Assembly (NCBI GenBank): GCA_044226215.1
Contig: JBGAHK010000003.1
Coordinates: 153,509-217,508 of the forward strand
Source: Fimbriimonadaceae bacterium
GTDB taxonomy: Bacteria; Armatimonadota; Fimbriimonadia; Fimbriimonadales; Fimbriimonadaceae
Direction of reading: 5' to 3'
Length of the DNA stretch: 64,000 nt
In this document: positions 1-8,227 of the stretch, in pieces
How the letters are laid out: every line of letters begins with the position of its first letter
Position numbering within the stretch: position 1 is the first letter of the stretch
The notes under the pieces: model-generated
The model's input: the letters and a program-made list of their open reading frames with translations, nothing else
Databases searched by the model: none
What the model was told of the DNA's origin: nothing
Program-made: the position numbers and the translations under genes

Positions 1-795
1 GTTTTCGCCCAGGCTAAGGTTGCAGCCAAAAAGACCGTCACCATCTCCGGCATGAAGCAGATGACCCTTGCGGTCCTCATGTATGTGAACGACGCTGAAG
101 ACACGTTTCCGATGGGAAGCGGCGCTTGCTGGTTCACTCCGCTCGACGGTGGCTGGGTCTACGACACGCAACCGTACGTCAAGACGCTCGACCTGCTTCG
201 CGACTCGATGGATCCCAAGGAAAAGAAGGGCTGGCCGAGCTGGCTTCCCACGAATCCCAACGGCATTAATATCTCCTTCGTTTCCAACGGCTACCTGGAC
301 TGGGACGGCTCGGGTAACGCCGTTCTCGGCGTGATGGGCTTGAACCAGGCCGTTAACGCCAAGCGAGATGGTTGCACGTCGACGGCATGGATGAGCCGCG
401 GCACTGTCACGACCAGCCAGGTCGTTCGACCGTCGGCCACCATCGCGTTCACCGAGCGCTTTGGAAGCAATCCGGCGTTCGGCCCCTCGTCGATCATTCT
501 CGATCCGTGCGACAAGAAGGCTAATGACAAGTACAACTGGGATTCGTCCGGCTGGGGAACCTGTATTCCCGACGGCTCACGCGACGGCAACCCGTACAAA
601 TTCAAAGCCAATGGCGCGGACATCACGGCAAACCTGGACAACCGGTTCGGCGGCGTGACGGCTCCGTTTAACGGTCAGGCCATTTTCGGAATGTGCGACG
701 GCTCGGCCAAGGCCATGGATCCGCGGAAGACCAATCCTGACCTGCTGGGCAAGCCTTCCGAAAACATGTGGAACGCCTTCCGGGCTGAAAATTAA
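1..795 (+). CDS. prepilin-type N-terminal cleavage/methylation domain protein (pseudopilin-like); 5' end lies outside the window
   Basis: Frame 1 is open from base 1 (VFAQAKVAAKKTVTISGMKQ...). This aligns with [22 protein letters not shown] just after the prepilin signal of the complete paralog at 18300-19118. The C-terminal FGMCDGSAKAMD resembles the paralog's [10 protein letters not shown]. Confidence 0.75.
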   Translation, partial: VFAQAKVAAKKTVTISGMKQMTLAVLMYVNDAEDTFPMGSGACWFTPLDGGWVYDTQPYVKTLDLLRDSMDPKEKKGWPSWLPTNPNGINISFVSNGYLDWDGSGNAVLGVMGLNQAVNAKRDGCTSTAWMSRGTVTTSQVVRPSATIAFTERFGSNPAFGPSSIILDPCDKKANDKYNWDSSGWGTCIPDGSRDGNPYKFKANGADITANLDNRFGGVTAPFNGQAIFGMCDGSAKAMDPRKTNPDLLGKPSENMWNAFRAEN

Positions 796-798
796 CCT

Positions 799-1008
799 AT
801 GAAATCATTGCTCTCCATTCTTGGAATCGTTGGGTTGTTGCTCCTCCTCGCCGGATGCGGGGCGGGCAAGCCCGAAGTGACAAAATCCGAGCAAGCCAGC
901 TACGAGAAGCCGGATAAGACCATTCCGGACGCTCTCAAGGGTGGCGGCCCTCCGGGTGGAGCGCCTCCAGGCGGGCCGCCTCCAGGCCAAGCACCGGGCT
1001 CTCAGTAA
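799..1008 (+). CDS. small lipoprotein with Gly/Pro-rich tail
   Basis: 69 aa. MKSLLSILGIVGLLLLLAGC carries a lipobox. The tail is GGGPPGGAPPGGPPPGQAPG. It starts 3 nt after the stop of the pseudopilin-like gene. Confidence 0.6.
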   Translation: MKSLLSILGIVGLLLLLAGCGAGKPEVTKSEQASYEKPDKTIPDALKGGGPPGGAPPGGPPPGQAPGSQ

Positions 1009-1033
1009 ACAGCTTCGTTGAAGCATCCTCGTC

Positions 1034-1064
1034 AGCCCGCTCCACCCTTAACGGGGAGCGGGCT
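1034..1064 (+). terminator. possible stem-loop terminator (no U-tract)
   Basis: AGCCCGCTCC (1034-1043) pairs perfectly with GGAGCGGGCT (1055-1064). It lies between the lipoprotein gene and the GH2 gene. No T-run follows. Confidence 0.3.
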
Positions 1065-1086
1065 CTTCTGCGCCAAAATTTAAGCC

Positions 1087-3525
1087 GTGATCACCACCCA
1101 ACTCCACCAAAACTGGACCGTCCGAGAACAGAATCCTGGCCCAGGATTTCATCGCCCCCAACTCAACCCGATCCAGTGGCTGCCCGCCCAAATTCCGGGT
1201 GCTATCCATCTCGATCTGATGCGCGAAGGCCTGATCGCCGACCCCTTCCAGCGGATGTTCGAAACGAGTGCGCGGTGGGTGGACGAGCGGGATTGGGTGT
1301 ATCGCTGCGAGTTCGAATGGCAGCCCAAACCCGGCGCGCCGAGGCGCGTGCTTCGATTCGACTGCCTGGATACGATCGCGACGATCACGTTGAACGGCGA
1401 GCCGTTGGGTCAGGCCCAAAACATGCACACGCCGGTGGAGTTCGACGTCACCGATCGCCTGGTGGCGGGGGTGAACGAGCTGCAAGTTTTGTTCGAATCG
1501 CCCGTTCGCGTTGGAATCGATCGGCGGCGGGACTACTTCGAGCGACAAGGCATCGACTGGAACACGAATTGGTTCGATGAGCGCGCGTTTATCCGCAAGC
1601 CGGGCTACATGTCGGGGTGGGACTGGGGTCCGCGGCTCGTTTCCTGCGGCATCGCGGGACCCGTTTCGCTCCTCGAGTTCGAATCCCGGATCGTCCGGGC
1701 GAGCTTCCTTCAACAGCCCCTGGAATCGGGAGCCTTCAAGATTCGCGTCGAACTGGAAATCGAGGGTGAGAGCGGCGCGACTGTCCGAGTTGGCGACCAC
1801 GTCCGTAAGCCCGGAGAGTCGTTGGAATTCGAACTGAATGGCCCCCGATGGTGGCCGGCAACAGAAGGCGAACCCGCCCTCATCCCCGTTTCCGTTGAAC
1901 TGGCCTCTGGCCACCGGATCGACAAGAAAATCGGTCTCCGCACGATTCGCCTGTTGCGAGAGAGCGACGAATCCGGTCGCTCGTTCGAGTTCGAGGTGAA
2001 CGGGCGCAGGATCTACGCTCGCGGCGCGAACTGGATTCCTGATGATTCGTTCATCGCGCGGGCGGATGCAGAGTCGATTCGCAAGCGGATTCAGGGTTAC
2101 ACGCGGCTGGGCTTTAATATGCTGCGCGTCTGGGGCGGGGGCTTTTACGAGTCGGAGGCGTTTTACGATGCCTGCGATGAAGCCGGCATCCTCGTGTGGC
2201 AGGATTTTTCCTACGCGTGCAGCTACTATCCCGACACCGACGAATATGCCGAAGAGGGCCGTCGCGAAGCAGAAGTCCAAGTTCTCCGGTTGCGCGACCG
2301 GGCGTCGCTCGCGCTGTGGTGCGGCAACAACGAGAACGAGACGATGTGGCTCGGCAAATGGGGCGGACCGGGCGAGGCACCGCCCCGCTTCTACGGTGAG
2401 AAGCTGTACAAGGAGGTTCTGCCCGAAGTCGTTTCTCGCTTGGACCCCCTGACCCCGTACATCGAAACGAGTCCGACGGCCATTCCCGGACCGGGAATTC
2501 CCGAAGGCGCGAATGTCGACCAGTACGGCGACAGCCACTATTGGGATGTCTGGCACGGGCGCGGAGACTGGCTCCACTACCGCGACTCGAGAACCCGCTT
2601 TTCTTCCGAATACGGCTTTGCGTCCTCGTGCTCTCTCTCGGTTTGGGCGAACACCCTCGACGACGCCGACCGCGGCGTTAAATCACCCCAAGTCGTGTGG
2701 CACGACAAGACCGGCAAGGGGACCGAGACGTTCCACGGATACGTCGAACTGCACTATACGGCCAGCGCTTCGCTCGAGGATTGGGTGTATTACAGCCAGC
2801 TCAATCAGCGGGATGCGATGCGATTTGGCGTCGAATACTTCCGCCGCTCGCCCCTGTGCCGCGGTTCACTGATCTGGCAGATCAATGACTGCTGGCCGGT
2901 TCAGAGCTGGGCGTTGGAGGACTATCATCGGCTCCTCAAACCGGCTGGACAAGAACTGGCCCGACTCTATGCGCCCACGCTGATCTCGATCGTGAGCGAT
3001 GAATCGGCCCGTGAGATCTGGGCGATCAGCGACGCGGCGGAAGTACGCCAGGCAGCCGTCCGGTGGGAGATCGTGGATACGGTGTCCGGCGATGTTCTCG
3101 ATAGCGGCTCAGAACCTTGCGAGCTTCAGCCCTACGAGCGGAAGTTGGTTGCCCGGATCGACCTGTCTCCCCAGGTCCCGACCCGAACCGCGCTCTCCGC
3201 ATGGTTCGACGGAGACGCCACGAGCCAGACATGGTCTTGGAGTTGCGAGCCAAAAGACCTCCAAACCACGCCCATCCCGCTCCACGTTCGACGGGAGGAA
3301 AACGAGCTGGTGGTTCAGCTCGACGGCTTTGTCGCCGATCTGGTGATTGTCGATTTGGAGCAGGGCGGCTCCGTTCTGGCGCCTCAAACCGGATTGCCCG
3401 GGGCGGCGGCTGTCAGTGCCCGCGGAGGAACCCTTCGATATGGCTTGGCCGGACCGATCGGTCATCTCCTCTGCCGCTCCCTTGCAGGCGTTCACGAAGT
3501 GAATCTGAGAGTGTCAGATAAATAA
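1087..3525 (+). CDS. glycoside hydrolase family 2, beta-mannosidase-like
   Basis: 812 aa. Motifs: NWIPDDSF, RVWGGGFYE, VWQDFSYAC, acid/base region WCGNNENE, nucleophile region FSSEYGFAS. Confidence 0.8.
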   Translation: MITTQLHQNWTVREQNPGPGFHRPQLNPIQWLPAQIPGAIHLDLMREGLIADPFQRMFETSARWVDERDWVYRCEFEWQPKPGAPRRVLRFDCLDTIATITLNGEPLGQAQNMHTPVEFDVTDRLVAGVNELQVLFESPVRVGIDRRRDYFERQGIDWNTNWFDERAFIRKPGYMSGWDWGPRLVSCGIAGPVSLLEFESRIVRASFLQQPLESGAFKIRVELEIEGESGATVRVGDHVRKPGESLEFELNGPRWWPATEGEPALIPVSVELASGHRIDKKIGLRTIRLLRESDESGRSFEFEVNGRRIYARGANWIPDDSFIARADAESIRKRIQGYTRLGFNMLRVWGGGFYESEAFYDACDEAGILVWQDFSYACSYYPDTDEYAEEGRREAEVQVLRLRDRASLALWCGNNENETMWLGKWGGPGEAPPRFYGEKLYKEVLPEVVSRLDPLTPYIETSPTAIPGPGIPEGANVDQYGDSHYWDVWHGRGDWLHYRDSRTRFSSEYGFASSCSLSVWANTLDDADRGVKSPQVVWHDKTGKGTETFHGYVELHYTASASLEDWVYYSQLNQRDAMRFGVEYFRRSPLCRGSLIWQINDCWPVQSWALEDYHRLLKPAGQELARLYAPTLISIVSDESAREIWAISDAAEVRQAAVRWEIVDTVSGDVLDSGSEPCELQPYERKLVARIDLSPQVPTRTALSAWFDGDATSQTWSWSCEPKDLQTTPIPLHVRREENELVVQLDGFVADLVIVDLEQGGSVLAPQTGLPGAAAVSARGGTLRYGLAGPIGHLLCRSLAGVHEVNLRVSDK

Positions 3526-3733
3526 GGATGAACTGCGTTGTAGTTGAGTCATTCTTGGGGCGGGGCGACTAGGGCGCGCCGGCCCCGAGCGGTGAATTGG
3601 TATAACGAAAGAACCACCGTTCTGATGAACAGAGCAAATATCAGATTTATCGGTAGATTTATAAATCATAAGGTTTGCTCCCTATGGCGTAAATCGTGCG
3701 ATTTCGAACCTTAAGACGCGCAAAAACACGAAA

Positions 3734-5950
3734 ATGAAATTTACCGACGGAAACTGGCTTTTGCGCCGTGGTGTGGCTGCCCACTACGCGCGCCAGGCGT
3801 TCCGATGCGATCGCAAGGGCGACTCCGTGGAGATCCTGGCCCCCTGTCGCGAAGTCGCTCACCTTGGCGATACTCTCCAGGGCCCGGTGCTGACCGTCCG
3901 CCTGAGCTCGCCGATGGAGAACGTGATCAAGGTGAGCATTCGGCATTTCGAGGGCGGCCTCAATCGGGGACCCCATTTCCGAGTCGCCACCGAGACGGTT
4001 CCAGCCGAGATCGAGATCGATGAAGCCAGGGTCGTGCTTAAAAGCGGCCGTCTGTCGGCGAGGATCGATCGTGCGGCTTGGAAGGTCGACTTCGAAGCGG
4101 ATGGGCGGCGATTGACGGGCAGCCCCGCCCGCGGCATGGCGCTGATGGATGTCGAGGGTGACGGGCCCCACATTCAGGATCAACTGACGTTGCAGGTCGG
4201 AGAAACCGTGATCGGCCTCGGCGAGCGCTTCACGGCTTGGGTCAAAAATGGTCAGGTCGTCGACATCTGGCACGAGGACGGGGGTGCCAATAGCGAACAA
4301 GCCTACAAGAACGTGCCGTTCTACATGACCGATCGGGGCTACGGCATCTTCGTCAACGATCCGGGTCGGGTCTCGTTCGAAGTCGCGACCGAGCGTGTGT
4401 CCCGCGTGGGCTTCTCAGTTCCGGGCGAGGGGCTCGATTACTACGTCATCTACGGGCCCAGCCCCAAGGAGATCCTCGAACGATATACGGCACTGACTGG
4501 CCGTCCGGCGCTTCCCCCGGCTTGGTCATTCGGTCTCTGGCTCTCGACGAGTTTCACAACCCAGTACGACGAGGCCACGGTGATGGGTTTTCTCGACCAA
4601 ATGGCGGAGCGCGACCTCCCGCTTAGCGTCTTCCATTTCGATTGCGCTTGGATGGAGGCGTTTCATTGGACCGATCTGCGGTGGAACCCGGCCACATTCC
4701 CGAATCCAAAGGAGATGTTGGACCGGCTCCACGAACGAGGTCTGAAGGTGTGCGTTTGGATCAATCCATACATCGCGCAGGCCTCACGCCTGTTCGAAGA
4801 AGGGAAGGAAGCGGGCTACTTCGTTCGCAAGCCGAACGGCGACGTTTGGCAGTGGGACATGTGGCAGCCCGGAATGGCGCTGGTCGATTTTACGAATCCC
4901 CTGGCCACCGACTGGTTCACGTCCCGGTTGGCCGAAGTGCTCGACATGGGCGTCGATGCGCTGAAGACTGACTTTGGCGAGCGCATACCGACCGACGTGG
5001 TGTACTACGATGGCTCGGACCCCGTTCGCATGCACAACATGTACACCCAGCTCTATAACGAGGCGGTGTTCAAATTGCTGGAGCGCAAGCGCGGGATCGG
5101 CGAGGCCGTGCTCTTCGCGCGGTCGGCGACCGTGGGTGGCCAACAGTTCCCAGTCCACTGGGGCGGCGACTGCTGGTCCGATTTCGAGGCGATGGCGGAG
5201 AGTCTTCGCGGAGGCCTCTCTCTGGGAGCCTGCGGCTTTGGTTTCTGGAGTCACGACATTGGCGGCTTCGAAGGCACGCCGCCGCCTGACTTGTTTAAGC
5301 GCTGGATCGCATTTGGTCTGTTGAGCAGTCACAGCCGGCTCCACGGATCGCATTCCTACCGGGTGCCCTGGTCGGTCGATGAGGAATCCAGCGATGTCCT
5401 CCGCTACTTCACGAAGCTGAAGCACCGGCTCATGCCCTACCTGTATTCGGCGGCGGTTCAGGCTCATCGCACAGGGGTGCCGATGATGCGGGCGATGCGG
5501 CTGGAGTTTCCGGATGATCCTGGCTGCACTTACCTCGACCGCCAGTACATGCTCGGCGATTCGCTCCTCGTCGCCCCCGTGTTTTCGCCAGATGGCGTGG
5601 TCGATTATTACGTCCCTGCCGGCACGTGGACCTCGTTACTGACGGGCGAGACGGTAACCGGCCCAGGGTGGTTCCGCGAGAAGCACGGCGTCTTTTCGCT
5701 GCCTCTCCTGGTGCGTCCGAATACGTTGCTTCCGTGGGGCGCGCGCGATGATCGCCCCGACTACGAGTTCGAAAAGGATCTACAGCTGTTCGCGTACGAC
5801 GTTCGAGAGGCGACCCTCGAACTCGTGGATCAGCGCGGCAAACCCCGGTTGCATCTGCGGGCGACGCGGAGCGGCGAAGAACTCAAGATCGAGGCTGAAG
5901 GGCAGGGAACGTGGGTGTTGGCCGATGCGCCGATTCCTTACCAGTCCTAG
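3734..5950 (+). CDS. yicI: GH31 alpha-xylosidase (YicI-like)
   Basis: 738 aa. N-terminus MKFTDGNWLL. Catalytic regions ALKTDFGERIP and FPVHWGGDC match YicI-type GH31 enzymes. Confidence 0.85.
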   Translation: MKFTDGNWLLRRGVAAHYARQAFRCDRKGDSVEILAPCREVAHLGDTLQGPVLTVRLSSPMENVIKVSIRHFEGGLNRGPHFRVATETVPAEIEIDEARVVLKSGRLSARIDRAAWKVDFEADGRRLTGSPARGMALMDVEGDGPHIQDQLTLQVGETVIGLGERFTAWVKNGQVVDIWHEDGGANSEQAYKNVPFYMTDRGYGIFVNDPGRVSFEVATERVSRVGFSVPGEGLDYYVIYGPSPKEILERYTALTGRPALPPAWSFGLWLSTSFTTQYDEATVMGFLDQMAERDLPLSVFHFDCAWMEAFHWTDLRWNPATFPNPKEMLDRLHERGLKVCVWINPYIAQASRLFEEGKEAGYFVRKPNGDVWQWDMWQPGMALVDFTNPLATDWFTSRLAEVLDMGVDALKTDFGERIPTDVVYYDGSDPVRMHNMYTQLYNEAVFKLLERKRGIGEAVLFARSATVGGQQFPVHWGGDCWSDFEAMAESLRGGLSLGACGFGFWSHDIGGFEGTPPPDLFKRWIAFGLLSSHSRLHGSHSYRVPWSVDEESSDVLRYFTKLKHRLMPYLYSAAVQAHRTGVPMMRAMRLEFPDDPGCTYLDRQYMLGDSLLVAPVFSPDGVVDYYVPAGTWTSLLTGETVTGPGWFREKHGVFSLPLLVRPNTLLPWGARDDRPDYEFEKDLQLFAYDVREATLELVDQRGKPRLHLRATRSGEELKIEAEGQGTWVLADAPIPYQS

Positions 5951-6003
5951 ACCACATCGGTATACTCCATTCACCCCTAACTTTTCCGTTGGACTAAATT
6001 ATC

Positions 6004-7362
6004 ATGAGCTTTGATCAAGACTTCGTGTGGGGTGCCGCCACCGCCTCGTACCAGATCGAGGGAGCAGGCCAAATCGATGGACGCGGTCCATGTGTTTGGG
6101 ACATGTTCTGCCGCAAGCCGGGTGCGGTTTATGAATCGCACAATGGCGATGTCGCTTGCGACCACTATCACCGATACGCTGGCGATATCGAGCTCATGAA
6201 GGAACTGGGCATTCGCGGGTACCGCTTCAGCATCTCGTGGCCCCGCATCCTTCCCACGGGTCAGTGCGATGTGAACGGCAAGGGCCTCGACTTTTATAAC
6301 CGCCTGGTCGACCAACTTCTCGCCAGCGGCATCGAACCTTGGGTGACGCTTTTCCACTGGGACTATCCGCTCGAACTGTATCGCCAAGGCGGATGGCTGA
6401 ACCCGGATTCTCCGAAGTGGTTCGCCGACTACGCGACCGTGCTCGCGCAATCCCTGGGCGACCGGGTCACCAACTGGATGACTCAGAATGAGCCGCAGTG
6501 CTTCATCGGCCTTGGGCTTCACACAGGAGTCCATGCCCCCGGCGACAAGCTGCGATGGGACGAAGTTCTTGTCGCGATGCACCACGCGATGGTGGGCCAC
6601 GGGCTGGCCACCCAAGCCCTTCGCGCCAGCGCCAAGTTGCCGGCCAAGGTCGGCATGGCGCACGCCTGCGCCATCTTCATGCCGGAGACCGACTCCGAGG
6701 ACGACCGCGCGGCAGCCCATGAGGCGACGTTCGGAGTCGAAACCGAATCGGCTTGGAACATGGCTTGGTGGCTCGATCCCGTCTTCTTTGGCAAATACCC
6801 TGAGGATGGCGTGCGGGCCTACGGCGAAAAGATGCCCAAGTTCAATCCCGACGACCTGAAGACGATGCACCAGCCACTCGACTTCTTCGGCATGAACATG
6901 TATCACGGCATTCGCGTTCGCCGAGGCAAAGATGGCAAGCCGGAACCGGTGGGCCGTCCGATCGGGGCGCCCGTCACCGCGCTGAAGTGGCCGGTCGAAC
7001 CCGACTGCCTGTATTGGGGCGCGAAGTTTTTCTACGAGCGGTACGGCAAGCCGATCATCGTGACCGAGAACGGCCTTTCCAACCAGGACTGGATTTCAGT
7101 CGACGGACACGTCCACGATCCGCAGCGCATCGACTACACCCACCGCCACGTCGCCGAGCTGAAGAAGGCCGCGCGGGATGGCGTCAAAGTGGGCGGATAC
7201 TTCCACTGGTCGCTGATGGACAACTTCGAGTGGGCAGAGGGCTACCGCGAACGGTTCGGCCTGATCTTCGTGGACTATGCGACTCAGAAGCGCATCCCGA
7301 AGGACTCGTACCGCTGGTATCAGAACGTGATTCGGACGAACGGCGCCGATATCGCTATTTGA
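6004..7362 (+). CDS. GH1 beta-glucosidase
   Basis: 452 aa. Motifs: FVWGAATASYQIEGA, TLFHWDYP, acid/base MTQNEPQCF, nucleophile IIVTENGLS. Confidence 0.9.
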   Translation: MSFDQDFVWGAATASYQIEGAGQIDGRGPCVWDMFCRKPGAVYESHNGDVACDHYHRYAGDIELMKELGIRGYRFSISWPRILPTGQCDVNGKGLDFYNRLVDQLLASGIEPWVTLFHWDYPLELYRQGGWLNPDSPKWFADYATVLAQSLGDRVTNWMTQNEPQCFIGLGLHTGVHAPGDKLRWDEVLVAMHHAMVGHGLATQALRASAKLPAKVGMAHACAIFMPETDSEDDRAAAHEATFGVETESAWNMAWWLDPVFFGKYPEDGVRAYGEKMPKFNPDDLKTMHQPLDFFGMNMYHGIRVRRGKDGKPEPVGRPIGAPVTALKWPVEPDCLYWGAKFFYERYGKPIIVTENGLSNQDWISVDGHVHDPQRIDYTHRHVAELKKAARDGVKVGGYFHWSLMDNFEWAEGYRERFGLIFVDYATQKRIPKDSYRWYQNVIRTNGADIAI

Positions 7363-8227
7363 TTCCGGTCATGACGATGCCCTTCACGAAGTAGCGCTGG
7401 CCGACGAAGAAGATCACCACGAGCGGCAGCATAACGAGCACGCTGCCCGCCATGAGCAGGTGATATTTCTCCGCCTGAAGGCCGTTGTACGTGGAGAGAC
7501 CCAGTTCCAGCGTCTGTTTCGAGGTGTCGTTCAGATAGATGAGCGGGCCCAAGAAGTCGCGCCAGCTGTAGATAAAGCTGAAGACTCCGACCGTTGCGAG
7601 CGCGGTTTTGGAAAGCGGCATGACGACGCTCCACCAAATTCGGAAGTACGACGCGCCGTCGATAATCGCCGCCTCGTCGAGCTCGCGGGGAATGCCCATG
7701 AAGAACTGGCGCAACAAGAAAACGTTGAAAGCGCCACCACCAAACCATGCAGGCACGATGAGGGGTAGGAACGAGTTCACCCACTTGAGCTTCGCGTACA
7801 GCAGATAGGTCGGGATCATCGTGACGATGCTGGGAAGCATCATCGTACAGAGCAGCAGGAAAAACCAGCGATCGCGCCCTCGGAAGCGAAGCCGCGCAAA
7901 CCCAAACGCGACCAAGCTCGAACTCAGCACGACGCCCATTGTCGAGAGCAGAGCGATCACCAGGGTGTTCCAGAAGAACTGGCTGAAGCTGACGTTCTCA
8001 CTCGTGAGGACTTCTTTGTAGTTCTGAAGCGTCGGCTGTTGGGGCGGAGCGAACGTGCTCGTGGTTGCCAGCTCCGCGGGCGTCTTGAGCGACATGACGA
8101 TCGACGTGTAGAACGGCGTGAGGAACAGGATGGCTCCTACCGTCAACAAGATGATCGCGAGCACGCGCGAGACCTTCTGGGCCGTGGCCGCGCTTCGCAT
8201 CCGGCGGTGTTCTGTACTGACGATCAT
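7355..8227 (-). CDS. carbohydrate ABC transporter permease (CUT1, MalG/AraQ-like)
   Basis: 290 aa, multi-TM. EAA loop PRELDEAAIIDGAS. ATGA-type 4-nt overlap with the upstream gene. Confidence 0.85.
   Translation of the reverse strand: MIVSTEHRRMRSAATAQKVSRVLAIILLTVGAILFLTPFYTSIVMSLKTPAELATTSTFAPPQQPTLQNYKEVLTSENVSFSQFFWNTLVIALLSTMGVVLSSSLVAFGFARLRFRGRDRWFFLLLCTMMLPSIVTMIPTYLLYAKLKWVNSFLPLIVPAWFGGGAFNVFLLRQFFMGIPRELDEAAIIDGASYFRIWWSVVMPLSKTALATVGVFSFIYSWRDFLGPLIYLNDTSKQTLELGLSTYNGLQAEKYHLLMAGSVLVMLPLVVIFFVGQRYFVKGIVMTGIK

Noticed and set aside
1048-2577. Long antisense or alternative-frame ORFs. Examples: 1048-2577, 9274-10650, 12920-14176, 19123-20325, 21733-23616, 40435-41676, 41746-42993, 47765-49024, 50380-51693, 57953-59101, 59885-60979.
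   Set aside because: Each lies entirely inside a gene with clear family motifs on the other strand or frame. Their products are Arg/Ala/Gly/Pro-rich nonsense, typical of stop-poor GC-rich DNA.
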